DNA of 63,759 nt, counting the filler, from an uncultured Acidimicrobiia bacterium (GTDB taxonomy: Bacteria > Actinomycetota > Acidimicrobiia > Spongiisociales > JAOTWH01): assembly GCA_964347285.1 (NCBI GenBank). It is 4 parts of 4 records of this genome, joined end to end, with 100 filler letters (N's around TTAATTAATTAA, not from the genome) between each part and the next. Parts side by side here need not be neighbours in the genome. Positions count along the whole stretch, not along the records: positions 17,498 to 34,702 come from CAYFYE010000054.1; 3 more parts are not named here. One strand, given 5' to 3'. The notes below the pieces were generated by a model, which ran no database searches, had not been told where the DNA came from, and saw only the letters and a program-made list of their open reading frames with translations. The first letter of the stretch is position 1. Every line of letters starts with the position of its first letter. The position numbers were made by a program, and so were the translations under genes. This document shows, in pieces, positions 18,149 to 29,694 of this stretch.

Positions 18149-19120
18149 ATGACCGATCCCTTCTCGGCTTCGCAAAGCCATGCCTTCGCGGCGCGGGCGA
18201 CGTTCGCGGGGGTGCCCGCCCGCCCCATTCACGACCTGGGTGACGCCGCGGTCGTGATCCTCGGGGCGCCGTTCGACTGGGGCACGTCGTACCGGGCCGG
18301 TGCCCGCTTCGGACCGAAAGCGATTCGCGACGCCGACTACCTCGGTTTCGACGGATACCGGCCCCACCTGCCCACGGGTCTCGACTCCCTCGGGACGCTG
18401 GGAGTGGTCGACGCCGGCGATGTGGATCTCGTTCCGGGCGACGTCGAGCAGAGCCTCGAACGGATCACTGCCGCAGTGGAGGCGATCGCAGCTGCCGGGG
18501 CGGTTCCCGTCGTATTGGGGGGCGACCACACGATCACGTTTGCCGACGCCACTGGTGTGGCTCGGGTGCACGGCTTCGGGGAGGTAGCGCTCGTTCACTT
18601 CGATGCCCACGCCGACACCGCCGATTCGCAGAGCGGTGCCCTGTACGGACACGGCACCCCCATGCGCCGGCTCATCGAATCGGGAGCCGTACCCGGTCAC
18701 CGCTTCGTGCAGATCGGGTTACGGGGATACTGGCCGGATCCCGACGTCGTCGCATGGATGGCAGAGCAGGAAATGCGGACCTTTCTCATGAGCGAAATAG
18801 AGGAGCGTGGCCTCGGGCCGATCCTCGACGAGGCCGCGGCACACGCCGCCGATGGGGCCATAGGGGTCTTCGTTTCGGTCGACATCGACGTGGTCGATCC
18901 GGGAATGGCGCCGGCCACGGGCACACCCGAGCCGGGTGGGCTCACGGGCGGTCAGCTGCTCAACGCAGTGCGTCGCCTCGCCAAGGATTTGCCCGTACTG
19001 GGAGCCGACGTGGTGGAGGTTTCCCCTCCTTACGACGGTCCGGGGCAGATCACCGCCTTCCTCGCCAACCGGGTGGTACTCGAGATCCTCAACGGCATGG
19101 CCGGACGCAAAGCCGGCTGA
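18149..19120 (+). CDS. speB: Agmatinase/ureohydrolase
   Basis: GAPFD, GARFGP, GGDHT, DAHAD, HGTP, SVDIDVVDP..APATGTPEPGG. Confidence 0.85.
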   Translation: MTDPFSASQSHAFAARATFAGVPARPIHDLGDAAVVILGAPFDWGTSYRAGARFGPKAIRDADYLGFDGYRPHLPTGLDSLGTLGVVDAGDVDLVPGDVEQSLERITAAVEAIAAAGAVPVVLGGDHTITFADATGVARVHGFGEVALVHFDAHADTADSQSGALYGHGTPMRRLIESGAVPGHRFVQIGLRGYWPDPDVVAWMAEQEMRTFLMSEIEERGLGPILDEAAAHAADGAIGVFVSVDIDVVDPGMAPATGTPEPGGLTGGQLLNAVRRLAKDLPVLGADVVEVSPPYDGPGQITAFLANRVVLEILNGMAGRKAG

Positions 19121-19121
19121 C

Positions 19122-19955
19122 CTACGTGCTCTTCCGCTGCAGCCCCACGACGCCCAGCATGATGAGCAGCGTGATGACGAACACAGTGGTTCCGAACACA
19201 TTGACCTGCGGGGGTACGCCCACTCGGGCAGCTCCCCAGATGAACAAGGGGAAGGTCACCGTTTGGCCTGAGTTGAAGTTGGTGATGATGAAGTCGTCGA
19301 ACGAGAGGGCAAAGCCCAACAGGAAGGCGGCAAACACCCCGGGCATGATCATGGGCAGGGTGACCTTCCGGAACGTCGTCCACTCGTTGGCGTAGAGGTC
19401 CATGGCTGCTTCTTCGAGGTGGCGGTCGAACCCGGTGAGGCGGGCCTTGACGACTACCACGACGAAGCTGATGTTGAACATGATGTGAGCCAACACGATG
19501 GTGGTGAAGCCGGTTTTCACGTTCAGGGCAAGGAACAGTGCCAGCACCGACGAGCCAAGCACCACCTCCGGAGTGGCCATAGGCAGGAAGATCAGGAAAT
19601 TGGTGGTGCCGCGACCTCGATATCGGTACCGCACCAGCGCCAACGCAATCAGGGTCCCGAGGACGGTGGCCACCAGCGATGATACGAACGCGATCTGCAG
19701 GCTGGTCATCAGCGAGTCGAAGAGACCGGGGACTTCGAAGGCATTGCGCCACGACCTGAGCGTGAATCCCTGCCAGACGAAATTGAAGCGGCCCCGGTTG
19801 TTGTTGAACGAGAACAGGATCACCACTGCGACGGGAATGAGCAGATAGGCGAGGGCGGCCGTCGTGTAGACGGTGAGGATGTGACGGCGGGCAAAAGAAC
19901 CCAGCCGTCTCAGGCTCGGTGATGGTGTGCGGCGGGTGGCGACCGACTTAGTCAT
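19122..19955 (-). CDS. potC: Polyamine ABC transporter permease (PotC-like)
   Basis: LEEAAMDLYA EAA loop, LSFDDFIIT. Confidence 0.85.
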   Translation of the reverse strand: MTKSVATRRTPSPSLRRLGSFARRHILTVYTTAALAYLLIPVAVVILFSFNNNRGRFNFVWQGFTLRSWRNAFEVPGLFDSLMTSLQIAFVSSLVATVLGTLIALALVRYRYRGRGTTNFLIFLPMATPEVVLGSSVLALFLALNVKTGFTTIVLAHIMFNISFVVVVVKARLTGFDRHLEEAAMDLYANEWTTFRKVTLPMIMPGVFAAFLLGFALSFDDFIITNFNSGQTVTFPLFIWGAARVGVPPQVNVFGTTVFVITLLIMLGVVGLQRKST

Positions 19956-20995
19956 GCCGCAGCCAGTTCCTCGGTGCCGGTGGCTCTCACGTAGGGAATC
20001 ACGAGAGCGAGGATCGCCAGCAGCAGCGTGAAGGACAGGGCGGCAGCGACCGGATAGTCCAGCACGACCAGGAAGCGGCTCTGAATGACGTTTCCGATCA
20101 TGAATTGCTGCGGAGCCCCGAGCAGCTGGGCATTGACGTAGTCGCCGGCCGCCGGAATGAGCGTCAGCAGCGTGCCCGCGACCACCCCCGGTCGGGAGAG
20201 CGGCCACGTCACTTTCCAGAATCCGAGGGCCGGATTGGCGTACAGGTCGGCGGCCGCCTCGAGCATGGAGCGGTCGATCTTCTCGAGCGACACGTAGATG
20301 GGGAGGGTCATGAACGGCAAGAAGTTGTAGGTGATCCCGGCCACTACGGCGATGGCGGTGGCCAGCAGCTTGCCGTTGTCCGACACGAGTCCGACCGTCT
20401 TGAGAGTGTCCAACACCAGGCCGTCATCGGCAAGGATGATCTTCCACGCCAAGGTCCGGAGCAGAAACGGAACGAGGAACGGAAGAACGATCAGCACCAG
20501 GAAGAGGTTCTTCCAGCGTCCGGCCCGGAAGGCGATGAAGTAGGCAAGCGGGTACGAGATGACCAGCGCCACTGCTGTTGCCAAGCCCGCGTAGACAAAC
20601 GAGCGGATGAACTGGGCGCCGAACGTGTCGTAGACCGCGGAGAAGTTGCTCCACCTCCATACGAAGTCGAATCCGGTTTCCACCGTGCCTTCTTGCAGAG
20701 ATGTGGCCGCCAGGCGGGCCATGGGGATCAGATAGAAGAAGGTCAGCCAAATGACTCCGGGAATGAGGAGCAGGTAGGCGACCCGGGTCCGGGCGCGAAC
20801 CGCCACCAGGATGGCGACGAGGCCGGAGGCGATGAGGAGCAACGACAGGAACAGCCGTGTCAGCCTGTCGACGGTGGCGAACCCGAGATTGCCCGTGAAC
20901 AGCAGCAGCAGCCCGGCCCCGGCTGCCAAGATCCCAGCTGCAAGCAGCGGCGGATTTCGCGTCGTCGTTCGGGGAGCGATCAGCGTCTCGGCCAT
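19952..20995 (-). CDS. potB: Polyamine ABC transporter permease (PotB-like)
   Basis: YPLAY, LPFMTLPIY, LEAAADLYA, MIGNVIQ. Confidence 0.85.
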   Translation of the reverse strand: MAETLIAPRTTTRNPPLLAAGILAAGAGLLLLFTGNLGFATVDRLTRLFLSLLLIASGLVAILVAVRARTRVAYLLLIPGVIWLTFFYLIPMARLAATSLQEGTVETGFDFVWRWSNFSAVYDTFGAQFIRSFVYAGLATAVALVISYPLAYFIAFRAGRWKNLFLVLIVLPFLVPFLLRTLAWKIILADDGLVLDTLKTVGLVSDNGKLLATAIAVVAGITYNFLPFMTLPIYVSLEKIDRSMLEAAADLYANPALGFWKVTWPLSRPGVVAGTLLTLIPAAGDYVNAQLLGAPQQFMIGNVIQSRFLVVLDYPVAAALSFTLLLAILALVIPYVRATGTEELAAA

Positions 20996-21008
20996 GCCCT
21001 CCAACCCC

Positions 21009-22133
21009 TCATGCACCGACGAGGAAGGTGTGCTCGGGCAGCCAGGCCGCTACCACGGAATCTCCGGGAGCGAACCGGACTCCCTCCATGTTCTGCACGA
21101 CCACGGTCAGGTCGGTGCCCATGGCAGTCGAGACCAGGTATTGGGTCGAGACGCCGATGAAGGAGCCGTCCACGATGCGGCCTTCGATCTGGTTGGGTGG
21201 TAGGCCGGGGGTGTCGGGAGCAGCCAAACGCACCTTCTCCGGACGCACGCCTACTTGAACGCTCTTCCCGACTCCGGTGAGGCGGTCGGCGGCCACGTGC
21301 AATACGGTTCCGTCGGCGAGCGCCAAGGCAGCACCGGCCCTTTCGACCACGTCGGCGCGCATGAGGTTCGAGGCGCCGAGGAAGTTGGCGACGAACTTCG
21401 AGCGGGGATCCTCGTAGATGTCGGTGGGCGAACCGATCCGCTCGATCCGCCCGTCGTTCATCACTGCGATGGTGTCGGCCATCGTCATCGCCTCCTCCTG
21501 GTCGTGCGTCACGTGGATGAAGGTGATGCCCACGTCATGCTGGATGCGCTTCAGCTCGATCTGCATCTCCTTGCGCAGCTTGAGATCGAGGGCTCCCAGC
21601 GGCTCGTCCAACAGGAGTACCCGCGGATGGTTGATGAGCGCCCGAGCCAGGGCAACCCGCTGCTGTTGCCCCCCGGACAGCTGGGCTGGTTTGCGTTTGC
21701 CCATCCCGATGAGCTGCACCAGCTCCAGCATCTCGTCGACTCGCCGGCCGATCTCTGCGCCGTCGACCTTGCGCCGTTCCAGGCCGAAGGCCACGTTCGC
21801 GCCCACCGTCAGGTGTGGGAACAGCGCATAGCTCTGGAACACCGTGTTCACGAGGCGCCGATACGGCTTTTCGTGGGTCACCTCCTGGCCGTGGAGGCGA
21901 ATCACCCCCGCCGTGGGCTCCTCGAACCCGCCGATCATCCTGAGGGTGGTGGTCTTACCGCAGCCGGACGGTCCCAGCAACGCAAAGAACCGGTTCTCCC
22001 CGATCGACAGGCTGAGCTCGTCGACTGCCACCACGTCGCCGAAGCGTTTGGTGATGTTCTCTAACTCGACCGCGGGGGTGTCGTTGGGTTCGTGGTTACC
22101 TGGATCTCTTTCGATCGAAGCGACGGCCTCCAC
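21009..22133 (-). CDS. potA: Polyamine ABC transporter ATPase
   Basis: GPSGCGKT, FQSYALFPH, LSGGQQQR, LLLDEP, TOBE domain. Confidence 0.9.
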   Translation of the reverse strand: MEAVASIERDPGNHEPNDTPAVELENITKRFGDVVAVDELSLSIGENRFFALLGPSGCGKTTTLRMIGGFEEPTAGVIRLHGQEVTHEKPYRRLVNTVFQSYALFPHLTVGANVAFGLERRKVDGAEIGRRVDEMLELVQLIGMGKRKPAQLSGGQQQRVALARALINHPRVLLLDEPLGALDLKLRKEMQIELKRIQHDVGITFIHVTHDQEEAMTMADTIAVMNDGRIERIGSPTDIYEDPRSKFVANFLGASNLMRADVVERAGAALALADGTVLHVAADRLTGVGKSVQVGVRPEKVRLAAPDTPGLPPNQIEGRIVDGSFIGVSTQYLVSTAMGTDLTVVVQNMEGVRFAPGDSVVAAWLPEHTFLVGA

Positions 22134-23393
22134 TCAGGCTCCGATGACGGCCTCGAACAGCTCGTTCATCTGCCGTTCCTCGTCTTCCGACAGGTCCTTG
22201 AACACGTTGGTGACCGCCAGCGTGGCTTCGTCCGGGAAGATCAGCGGGTCATCAGCCAACGCGGCCAGGTCCTCGTCACCCAGCTCGGCGCCCAGGTCGC
22301 GGATGGCCTGTTGGGCGCCCTGCACCGGGCAGATGAAGTTCACCCAGCTCTCGATCTTGGCGGCGACCTCGGGTTCGTAGACGTAGTTCATGAACAACTC
22401 GGCGTTCGCCTTGTTCTTGGCGCCCTTGGGAATGAGCATGTTGTCGGACCACAGCATGAGTCCCTCGTCGGGAATCAAGAAACGGAGGTCGGGGTTGTCG
22501 AGCTGCAGCTGGATGACGTCGCCCGACCAGGCGAACGCGGCCCACACATTGCCGGCGACGAGGTCGTCGCCGTAGTCGTTGCCCGTGAAGCGCCGAATCT
22601 GGCCAGAGTCCACCGCCTCCTGTATCCGGTCGGTGGCCTTGCGGGCGTCCTCGACGGTGGCCTGGGCCGGATCGAGGCCCAGCCCGAGCATGACCAGGCC
22701 GAGGGTGTCACGCATCTCGGTGAGCATCGTGACACGTCCCGCAAACGCCGGGTCGAAGATGTCGTTGATCGAGGTCAACTCCCGGCCGGTGCGGTTCGGG
22801 TCGTAGCCGATTGCCGTCAGTCCCGACTGCCAGGGCAACGTGTACGTGCGGTCGGGATCGAATCCGGGGCTCTGCAGTGATTCGAGAAGGTTGACGGCGT
22901 TGGGAACGTTCCCCTTGTTGATCTGCTCGACCCAGTCGAATCGAATGAAACGGGCCGCCATCCAGTCGGTGAGAACCGCAAGGTCGCGGTCGATGTCCTG
23001 ACCGGCACTCAGCGGAGCCTGAACCTTGCCGAACCACTCGTTGTTGTCGTTGATCTCCTCGATGTACTCGACGGCGATCCCGAATTGTTCGGTGAAGTCG
23101 TCTAGGGAGCTGGTCTCGAAGAAGCTGTCTTCGCCGCCCGGGTCGATGTAGAAGGGCCAGTTGGCGAAAACCAGCTCGGTGGACGCTTGTGGAGCTGCAG
23201 TGGTCGCCGCTCCGGCGGCGGCGGTAGTGGCGATCGCGCCGCCTTCTTCGTCGCCACATGCGGCCAGGATCGTGCCGCCCACAGTCGCGGCAGCCACACC
23301 GGCGCCCATCATCTTGATGAACTCGCGACGACTGGTCCCGTGCATCTGGGAAATCCGTGGCATGCCGGAGAGCCGCACACGTCGGTTCGTCAT
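22134..23393 (-). CDS. potD: Polyamine-binding Tat lipoprotein (PotD/PotF-like)
   Basis: SRREFIK Tat motif, LAAC lipobox, NWPFYID, WSGD, WSDNMLIP. Confidence 0.85.
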   Translation of the reverse strand: MTNRRVRLSGMPRISQMHGTSRREFIKMMGAGVAAATVGGTILAACGDEEGGAIATTAAAGAATTAAPQASTELVFANWPFYIDPGGEDSFFETSSLDDFTEQFGIAVEYIEEINDNNEWFGKVQAPLSAGQDIDRDLAVLTDWMAARFIRFDWVEQINKGNVPNAVNLLESLQSPGFDPDRTYTLPWQSGLTAIGYDPNRTGRELTSINDIFDPAFAGRVTMLTEMRDTLGLVMLGLGLDPAQATVEDARKATDRIQEAVDSGQIRRFTGNDYGDDLVAGNVWAAFAWSGDVIQLQLDNPDLRFLIPDEGLMLWSDNMLIPKGAKNKANAELFMNYVYEPEVAAKIESWVNFICPVQGAQQAIRDLGAELGDEDLAALADDPLIFPDEATLAVTNVFKDLSEDEERQMNELFEAVIGA

Positions 23394-23603
23394 CGTGATC
23401 CTCCTCGCTTCGCCGGCCTCATCCGGGGCCGATTTCGTATCCTACGTCGCCAATTCGACCTGTGCGGCGGTCCACTGGTATAGGCGCCGGCCCGGTGGAG
23501 GAGCCGCTGCCGACGCTGGGATGACCCGCCCGTGCCCGACGACCGCCGTCTTCGGGCCACCCATCAGGCGGGCGCGTCGAGGGTCGGGCCACGGTTCCGG
23601 GCC

Positions 23604-25613
23604 CTATTCGCGGAGAAAGGAAACTCCGATCGGCACGTCGGCATCCAGCTCACGTGCATATCGATGTCCCGAGTACACCGCGGCAGCGATCGTGGCCGGC
23701 GCCAGGCAATCTCCGATGCTTCTGATGGCGATTCGATCGGCCAGCGACTCATAGAGGGCATCGTTGGGCACGCGGGACGTCGTCATCACAATCGTCGCTG
23801 CCTCGAGTTCTCTCGTCTGTCCGGTGTGGACGGACTCGAGAGTCACACCGCCTTCGCCGACGTTCGCCAGCGTGGTTCCGGTCTCGACAGCGATTCCCAG
23901 GCCGAGGATCCTCGCCTGAATTCGGTGCTGTTCCTCCGTATGCCTCGTCCAGGTCGAGATCTCGTTGGCAGGGGTGACCAACACGACCTCGAGCTCGGCC
24001 CGACGAAGAGCCTCTGCGATCACGCCACCCATGTAGTAGTGGTCGTCGTCGTAGACCACGACCGGGCCGGCGGGTATGACACCGTCCATGATGTCGTCCG
24101 GGGTCATGACCGATGGGATCTCCCAACCCGGAATGGGCCTTTCCCGCCACCGCCCCACCCCGTCTCTGCGCCAAGTGGCTCCGGTGGCGATCACGACGTG
24201 ATCGGCGGCGAATTCGAGGATCTGCGATTCGTCTACGACGCTTTCTCTGTAGACCTCGACGTTGGCAAGCTTGCTGATTTGATGGAGGCGGTAGTCGCGA
24301 ACGCGCCCCCACGTGGCGAGCCCGGGTAATGCCGATTCGAGCGCGACCCGGCCCCCGAGCTCCCGGCGAGCTTCAACGATCGTCACCTCGTAGCCCCGCT
24401 TGCCAAGCGACATGCCAGCTTCGAGACCTGCGGGGCCTCCGCCGACGACGAGGATCCTCGCGTCTGATCCTTTGGGAGGGATGAATTCGGGGTGCCAGCC
24501 CTTGCGCCACTCCTCTCCCATGGTGGGATTCTGGGTACAGCGGATGGGCGTGCCGGTCTGATCGCCGGTGTAGCAGATGTTGCAGCCGATGCACTCCCGG
24601 ATCTCGTCCTCGCGTCCTTCCGAGATCTTCTGGGGAAGGAAAGGGTCGGCGATCGATGGTCGGGCAGCGCCGATCAAATCCATGATGCCGTCACGAACCT
24701 GCCGCAGCATCGTCTCGGGAGACGTGAAGCGCCCGACGCTGACAACCGGCTTGTCGGTGACGCTCTTGACCCACGACATCGTGGCCTCGAGCCCGGCCTC
24801 TTCGACGAAGCGGGAAGACCCCATTTCATAGCTGTAGTCGTGGACGGTTACGTCCCACAGGTCCGGTAGGTCGGAGAGCAGCTCGAGCATCCGGCGCGGC
24901 TCGGTGGTGTCCTGGTCCCCGTCCGCTCCGCCGCTGCTTGCCGAGAACCGCACCGCCACGGCGCAGGTATCTCCGATGGCCTCCTTGGTCTCGACGATCA
25001 ATTCGCGAAGCAGCCGAGCCCTGTTCTCGAGCGAGCCGCCGTACTCGTCACTTCTCTGGTTGGAGGGCAGCAGGAACTGTCGGATGAGATACCAGTGAGC
25101 CGCATACACGTAGACGATGTCGAAGCCCGCCCGCTGCGCTCGTCTGGCCGCATCGACGTGCCACTTCTTCAGCTCTTTGATGTCGGCCTTGTCCATGGCA
25201 CGGGTCTGCACCGGGTCATCTACGCCCGCCGGCGTGCTGTAGGGACCCAGTGGGACCTCGCGCGAATAGTGGTTTGCGCTGGCACCGCCCCCATGCCACA
25301 ACTCGACACCGGCAAGTGCGCCGTGGGCGTGGACCCTCTCGACCATGAGCGCATGCCGGTCGATGTCCTGGTCGTCCCACAGCGACGCGGAGGGAAACGG
25401 CTCATCGTCGGACGACGGGTGTATGGAGCAGTACTCGGTGCAGACTGTTCCCCACCCGCCTTCCGCCTTGACTTCCCGCAGCCCGGCGAGCGACCGCGGC
25501 CTTCGATAGCCCATGCCCGTGCAGTGCGGGACCTGGTAGAAGCGATTCGGTGCGGTCACCGGACCGATGGGGACGGGCTCGAACAGGATGTCGAACCGGG
25601 GATCGCGTGGCAT
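23604..25613 (-). CDS. Trimethylamine/histamine dehydrogenase-family Fe-S flavoprotein
   Basis: NRFYQVPHC (covalent FMN Cys), KAEGGW, YVYAAH, ARPSIADP, CIGCNIC...C 4Fe-4S motif, GEEWRKGWHPE. Confidence 0.88.
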   Translation of the reverse strand: MPRDPRFDILFEPVPIGPVTAPNRFYQVPHCTGMGYRRPRSLAGLREVKAEGGWGTVCTEYCSIHPSSDDEPFPSASLWDDQDIDRHALMVERVHAHGALAGVELWHGGGASANHYSREVPLGPYSTPAGVDDPVQTRAMDKADIKELKKWHVDAARRAQRAGFDIVYVYAAHWYLIRQFLLPSNQRSDEYGGSLENRARLLRELIVETKEAIGDTCAVAVRFSASSGGADGDQDTTEPRRMLELLSDLPDLWDVTVHDYSYEMGSSRFVEEAGLEATMSWVKSVTDKPVVSVGRFTSPETMLRQVRDGIMDLIGAARPSIADPFLPQKISEGREDEIRECIGCNICYTGDQTGTPIRCTQNPTMGEEWRKGWHPEFIPPKGSDARILVVGGGPAGLEAGMSLGKRGYEVTIVEARRELGGRVALESALPGLATWGRVRDYRLHQISKLANVEVYRESVVDESQILEFAADHVVIATGATWRRDGVGRWRERPIPGWEIPSVMTPDDIMDGVIPAGPVVVYDDDHYYMGGVIAEALRRAELEVVLVTPANEISTWTRHTEEQHRIQARILGLGIAVETGTTLANVGEGGVTLESVHTGQTRELEAATIVMTTSRVPNDALYESLADRIAIRSIGDCLAPATIAAAVYSGHRYARELDADVPIGVSFLRE

Positions 25614-25935
25614 CTAGGCGTCCTCCCGTGGCTGGACGGCACTCCGATCGAGCGGCCGGGGACTACGGGGGCTCCGAAGGCGGCAGCGAGGTCTGTCCGT
25701 CAACCCGGTCGGCCGGACCAGCTCGACGGCTCGTCCGCCTCTGTCGCCGATCTCCGACCGGCCCAGGCCCCGCCTCGGCGGCCCCAACCCGGCGTTCTTC
25801 TCGACATTCATGAACCGGGAACCGGACCGGCAAACGGTGTCGACCTGCCGGTGTTGGCGGCCGCGCGTCGGCTCACTTGGGTCGTTCGAGCCGGATTACC
25901 GTCGGCGTCCGCGAGGCTCGGGACCGCGCCGGTCA

Positions 25936-27363
25936 TCAGGACGCATGATTGATCATCACGTGCTTGACCTCGGTGAAGTGCTCCAGCGCATATGTCGACA
26001 TGTCCTTGCCGTAGCCGGAGTGCTTGAAGCCGCCGTGGGGCATCTCGGAAACGATCGTGATGTGGTCGTTCACCCACACGGTGCCGAAGCGCAGTCTCTT
26101 TGTCATCCGCATGGCGCGACCGATGTCGCGTGTCCACACCGAGGCGGCCAGCCCGTAATCGACATCGTTTGCCCAGGCGAGGGCAGCGGCCTCGTCCCCG
26201 GCGTCCTGGACGGTGACCACCGGCCCGAAGACCTCGCGTTGGATGATCTCCGACTTCTGGTCGGTGACCGTGATCAGAGACGGCTCGTAGTAGAACCCGA
26301 CCCCATCGATCCGCTTGCCGCCGGTCACGATCTTGGCACCCTCGCCGACGGCCCGATCGACGTATCCGGCGACCCTCTCGAGCTGCCTGGCAGACACCAG
26401 CGGCCCCATCTCGACGGATGGATCATTCGGGTCACCTACGGCGATCTGGCCGACCTGGTCACCGAGGGCGTTGATGAGATCTCCGTGGACGCCGGACGTT
26501 GCGATGACCCGGCACGGAGCGGTGCAATCCTGGCCCGAGTTGTAGAAACTCGCCTCCCGGAGCTTTGCAGCGACCGCTTCGACATCGGCGTCATCGAACA
26601 CCACCACGGGAGCCTTGCCCCCGAGTTCCAGGTGAACTCGCTTCAGGGTGTCGGCGGCGGTCCGTGCCACCGCCTTTCCGGCCTCGACGCTGCCCGTGAG
26701 GGAGACCATGGCGATGTCCGGGTGGGCCGACAACGCCTCGCCGACGACGGGCCCCGTGCCGCATACGACGTTGAGGACGCCTGGTGGCAGCACACCTTCG
26801 AGTAGCTCGGCGAGCCGGACGGCCGTGATCGGGGTGACCTCCGACGGCTTGAGCACCACCGTGTTGCCGGCGGCCAGGGCGGGACCCAGTTTCCACGTCG
26901 CCATGTTGAGCGGGTAATTCCACGGTGTGATGGCTCCGACGACCCCGAGGGGGTCCCGCCTGACATACGAGGTGGCGTCGGGCCAGTACTCGGCGGCAGC
27001 CTTGCCCTCGATGTGCCGGGCGGCGCCGGCGAAGAAACGCCAGTTGTCCACGGTGAGATCGAACTCGAAGTCGACGATCGAAACCGGCTTGCCGACGGAC
27101 TCGACCTCTAGATGCCGCAGCTCGTCCAGGTTCTGCTCGATCACGTCTGCGACTTGGAAGAGCACCTCCGATCGCTCTCGTGGTGTCTTGTCGGCCCAGG
27201 CGGGGAAGGCGGCGGCAGCAGCCTCCACTGCCGCGTCAACGTCCGCCGCCGTGCTCAAAGGGACGGTTCCGATGGGCTCACCGGTGGCGGGATTTGTCAA
27301 CTTGTCTGTGGCGCCTTCTGACGACGGGCGCCGCGAACCTCCTATGTGGTTGAGCACTTCCAT
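25936..27363 (-). CDS. Gamma-aminobutyraldehyde dehydrogenase (PatD-like ALDH)
   Basis: [41 protein letters not shown]. Confidence 0.85.
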   Translation of the reverse strand: MEVLNHIGGSRRPSSEGATDKLTNPATGEPIGTVPLSTAADVDAAVEAAAAAFPAWADKTPRERSEVLFQVADVIEQNLDELRHLEVESVGKPVSIVDFEFDLTVDNWRFFAGAARHIEGKAAAEYWPDATSYVRRDPLGVVGAITPWNYPLNMATWKLGPALAAGNTVVLKPSEVTPITAVRLAELLEGVLPPGVLNVVCGTGPVVGEALSAHPDIAMVSLTGSVEAGKAVARTAADTLKRVHLELGGKAPVVVFDDADVEAVAAKLREASFYNSGQDCTAPCRVIATSGVHGDLINALGDQVGQIAVGDPNDPSVEMGPLVSARQLERVAGYVDRAVGEGAKIVTGGKRIDGVGFYYEPSLITVTDQKSEIIQREVFGPVVTVQDAGDEAAALAWANDVDYGLAASVWTRDIGRAMRMTKRLRFGTVWVNDHITIVSEMPHGGFKHSGYGKDMSTYALEHFTEVKHVMINHAS

Positions 27364-27433
27364 CCCTGAGCTACTCCTCTTGTTGTGCCATTCGACCACC
27401 CCTGTGCGCGGGTGATCGGATCCTTCTTTGTCT

Positions 27434-28798
27434 CTATGAGGCGGTGACGTCCTTTGCGAACTCTTCGAAGACCGCCACGAAGTGGTCGATCTCCGCATCG
27501 GTGTGCATGACCGAAAGCGTCCACTGCTCGTCGGCGCCGGGCGTCATGTAAACGCCGTTGACCATGTGATACAGCCACCCGAGGTAGTTGAGCGCCTCGT
27601 CGAAATGCTCGGCATAGGATCGGTAGTCGACTACCCGCTCGCCGGCGAACATGACGCATCCCTTCGACGCGACGCCGACGGCGTATGCCGGCAACCCGTA
27701 CCGCTCGCAGACTTCCTGGCATCCACTGACAACGCGTTCGCCGACGCGATCGAGGCGACGGTATGCATCCTCGTCGAGCACTTGGGTCAGCGCCGCTTCG
27801 GCCGCCGCCATGCTGAGCGGGTTTCCGTTGAACGTTCCCAACTGGGCCACGGTCCCTTCGCTGATCTGAGCCATGATCTCTTCGGTGCCGAGAATCGCCC
27901 CGATCGGGGTGCCGCCGCCGGTGGCCTTGGCCAAGGCAACGAGGTCCGGGACGACGCCGTACTTCTCCACTGCGCCTCCGGCGGAGATCGTGGCTCCGGT
28001 CTTGACCTCGTCGAAGATGAGCACCACATCGTGTTTGCGGGTGATCTCACGAACCGCCTGCAGGTAGCCGTCGTCGGGGGGAACCACGCCGATGTTGAGC
28101 ATGATCGGCTCGATGATCATCGTGCCCACGTCGTGATTGGCCGCCAGGGCGGCGTCGAGCGCGTCCGGGTCGTTGAAGGGCACGACCACTGTCAGGTCCA
28201 GGAGGGCCTGCGGTATCCCCGCAGACTGCGGAACCGATGCCGGATGGGCGCGCGGTCCGATCTTCGATGGATCGGGGTGCACCGACACCATCACAGCGTC
28301 GTGGTGGCCGTGGTACGAGCCCTCGATCTTGACCAATGCATCCTTGCCGCTGAAGGCCCGGCCCAGGCGAATGGCGTCGAGAGTTGCCTCGGTTCCCGAG
28401 TTCGAGAACCTGACCTTGGGAAGCCCAAATCGCTTCGACAACTCGGCTGCCACCCGGACCGCACTCGAGTTGGGCGCAGCAAAGTGGGTCCCTTTGAGTG
28501 CCACCTCGGCTATGGCCGTCGCGACGACCGGATGGGCATGGCCTACGACCATGACTCCGAACCCATTGTGGAAGTCGCTGTAGGTGTTGCCATCGAGATC
28601 TACGACCTTCGAGCCCTTGCCCTCCACGATGAAGATCGGGTGCGGCGGTTGATCCTGGAACGATGACGCCACCCCGGCCGGGAGAACCTTCTTGGCCTCT
28701 GCGAGGAAGTCACCGGACCGTCGGGTACGGAGGCGGAGCGACTCCTCCATCGACTTGGTGAGTTCGGCAACACGGTTTCGGTCCACCCTGGTCGCCAT
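27434..28798 (-). CDS. Class III PLP aminotransferase (GSA-aminomutase-like)
   Basis: [28 protein letters not shown]. Confidence 0.85.
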   Translation of the reverse strand: MATRVDRNRVAELTKSMEESLRLRTRRSGDFLAEAKKVLPAGVASSFQDQPPHPIFIVEGKGSKVVDLDGNTYSDFHNGFGVMVVGHAHPVVATAIAEVALKGTHFAAPNSSAVRVAAELSKRFGLPKVRFSNSGTEATLDAIRLGRAFSGKDALVKIEGSYHGHHDAVMVSVHPDPSKIGPRAHPASVPQSAGIPQALLDLTVVVPFNDPDALDAALAANHDVGTMIIEPIMLNIGVVPPDDGYLQAVREITRKHDVVLIFDEVKTGATISAGGAVEKYGVVPDLVALAKATGGGTPIGAILGTEEIMAQISEGTVAQLGTFNGNPLSMAAAEAALTQVLDEDAYRRLDRVGERVVSGCQEVCERYGLPAYAVGVASKGCVMFAGERVVDYRSYAEHFDEALNYLGWLYHMVNGVYMTPGADEQWTLSVMHTDAEIDHFVAVFEEFAKDVTAS

Positions 28799-28986
28799 GG
28801 AGACTCCGATCGGTCGACGCGGCAGGGATCTCAGATTTCGCTATTGTCTAGCACGCCATTCAGGTGATCCGCAAACAAGCCAACCCTTCGATTGCTGAAT
28901 CAGCAACGCCGGGACGAACCGTGAGGGCACTCTCCGAGAGGCAGGGAAGAGATGAGGGGTTCCGAGCCGCCGGGGCCGGCCGAGAG

Positions 28987-29508
28987 ATGGCCGGACTGAT
29001 GCCCCATCCCACGGGACGCCGCCCCAAAGCCCATATCGCAGGGGACCGAGCCCTGGACGAAAAGGATCTGCAAATCATCGCGGCGCTCCAGATCGACGGG
29101 CGTACCAATTTCGCAGAGTTGGCATCGCGCATCGACCTCAGCCAATCGGCCATCCGCCTCAGGGTGAAGCGGCTCCTGGAGTCCGGTGTCGTCCAGATCG
29201 TGGCGATCACCGATCCGCTCTCGATCGGGTTCACAGTGCAGGCCATGATCGGCCTTACCGTCGACGGCGATGTCGAGGCGATCAGCGACGAGATCGCGAC
29301 CCGGGAGTACGCCGTCTACGTGGTCTTGACGGCAGGTCGCTTCGATTTGCTCGTCGAGGTGCTGTGCGCCGACAACGATCACCTGCTCGAAGTGATGAGT
29401 GACCTGCGAGCCCTCGAAGGGGTGTCATCGGTCGAGGCCCACACCTACCTGAGATTGACGAAGCAGACGTACGCATGGGGAATCCCTCCCGCCACAGCGA
29501 CCGTGTGA
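28987..29508 (+). CDS. Lrp/AsnC-family transcriptional regulator
   Basis: LDEKDLQII..LQIDGR HTH, AGRFDLLVEV; divergent from the amine operon. Confidence 0.9.
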   Translation: MAGLMPHPTGRRPKAHIAGDRALDEKDLQIIAALQIDGRTNFAELASRIDLSQSAIRLRVKRLLESGVVQIVAITDPLSIGFTVQAMIGLTVDGDVEAISDEIATREYAVYVVLTAGRFDLLVEVLCADNDHLLEVMSDLRALEGVSSVEAHTYLRLTKQTYAWGIPPATATV

Positions 29509-29694
29509 CGGTCGACCCCACCCCGGCATCCGTGGTCGGACCTGCTGATGACAGTCGAAACCGGAGGATGGCGGACATCGAAGGTGCCGGCCTGTCCGGA
29601 GCCACTCCGGTGGCATCGGGCCGTACCGAACCAACCGCCTCTCCGGCGCCAGGCTGATGGCGTCGACACGTCGGCGCCAAAGGCGGCTCGGCGC

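Noticed and set aside
17639..19120. 493-aa kinase-agmatinase fusion ORF
   Set aside because: Read-through caused by a frameshift; agmatinase plausibly starts at 18149
25614..25811. 65-aa ORF abutting the flavoenzyme start
   Set aside because: Arg/Pro-rich, no RBS or motif; typical of spurious high-GC ORFs
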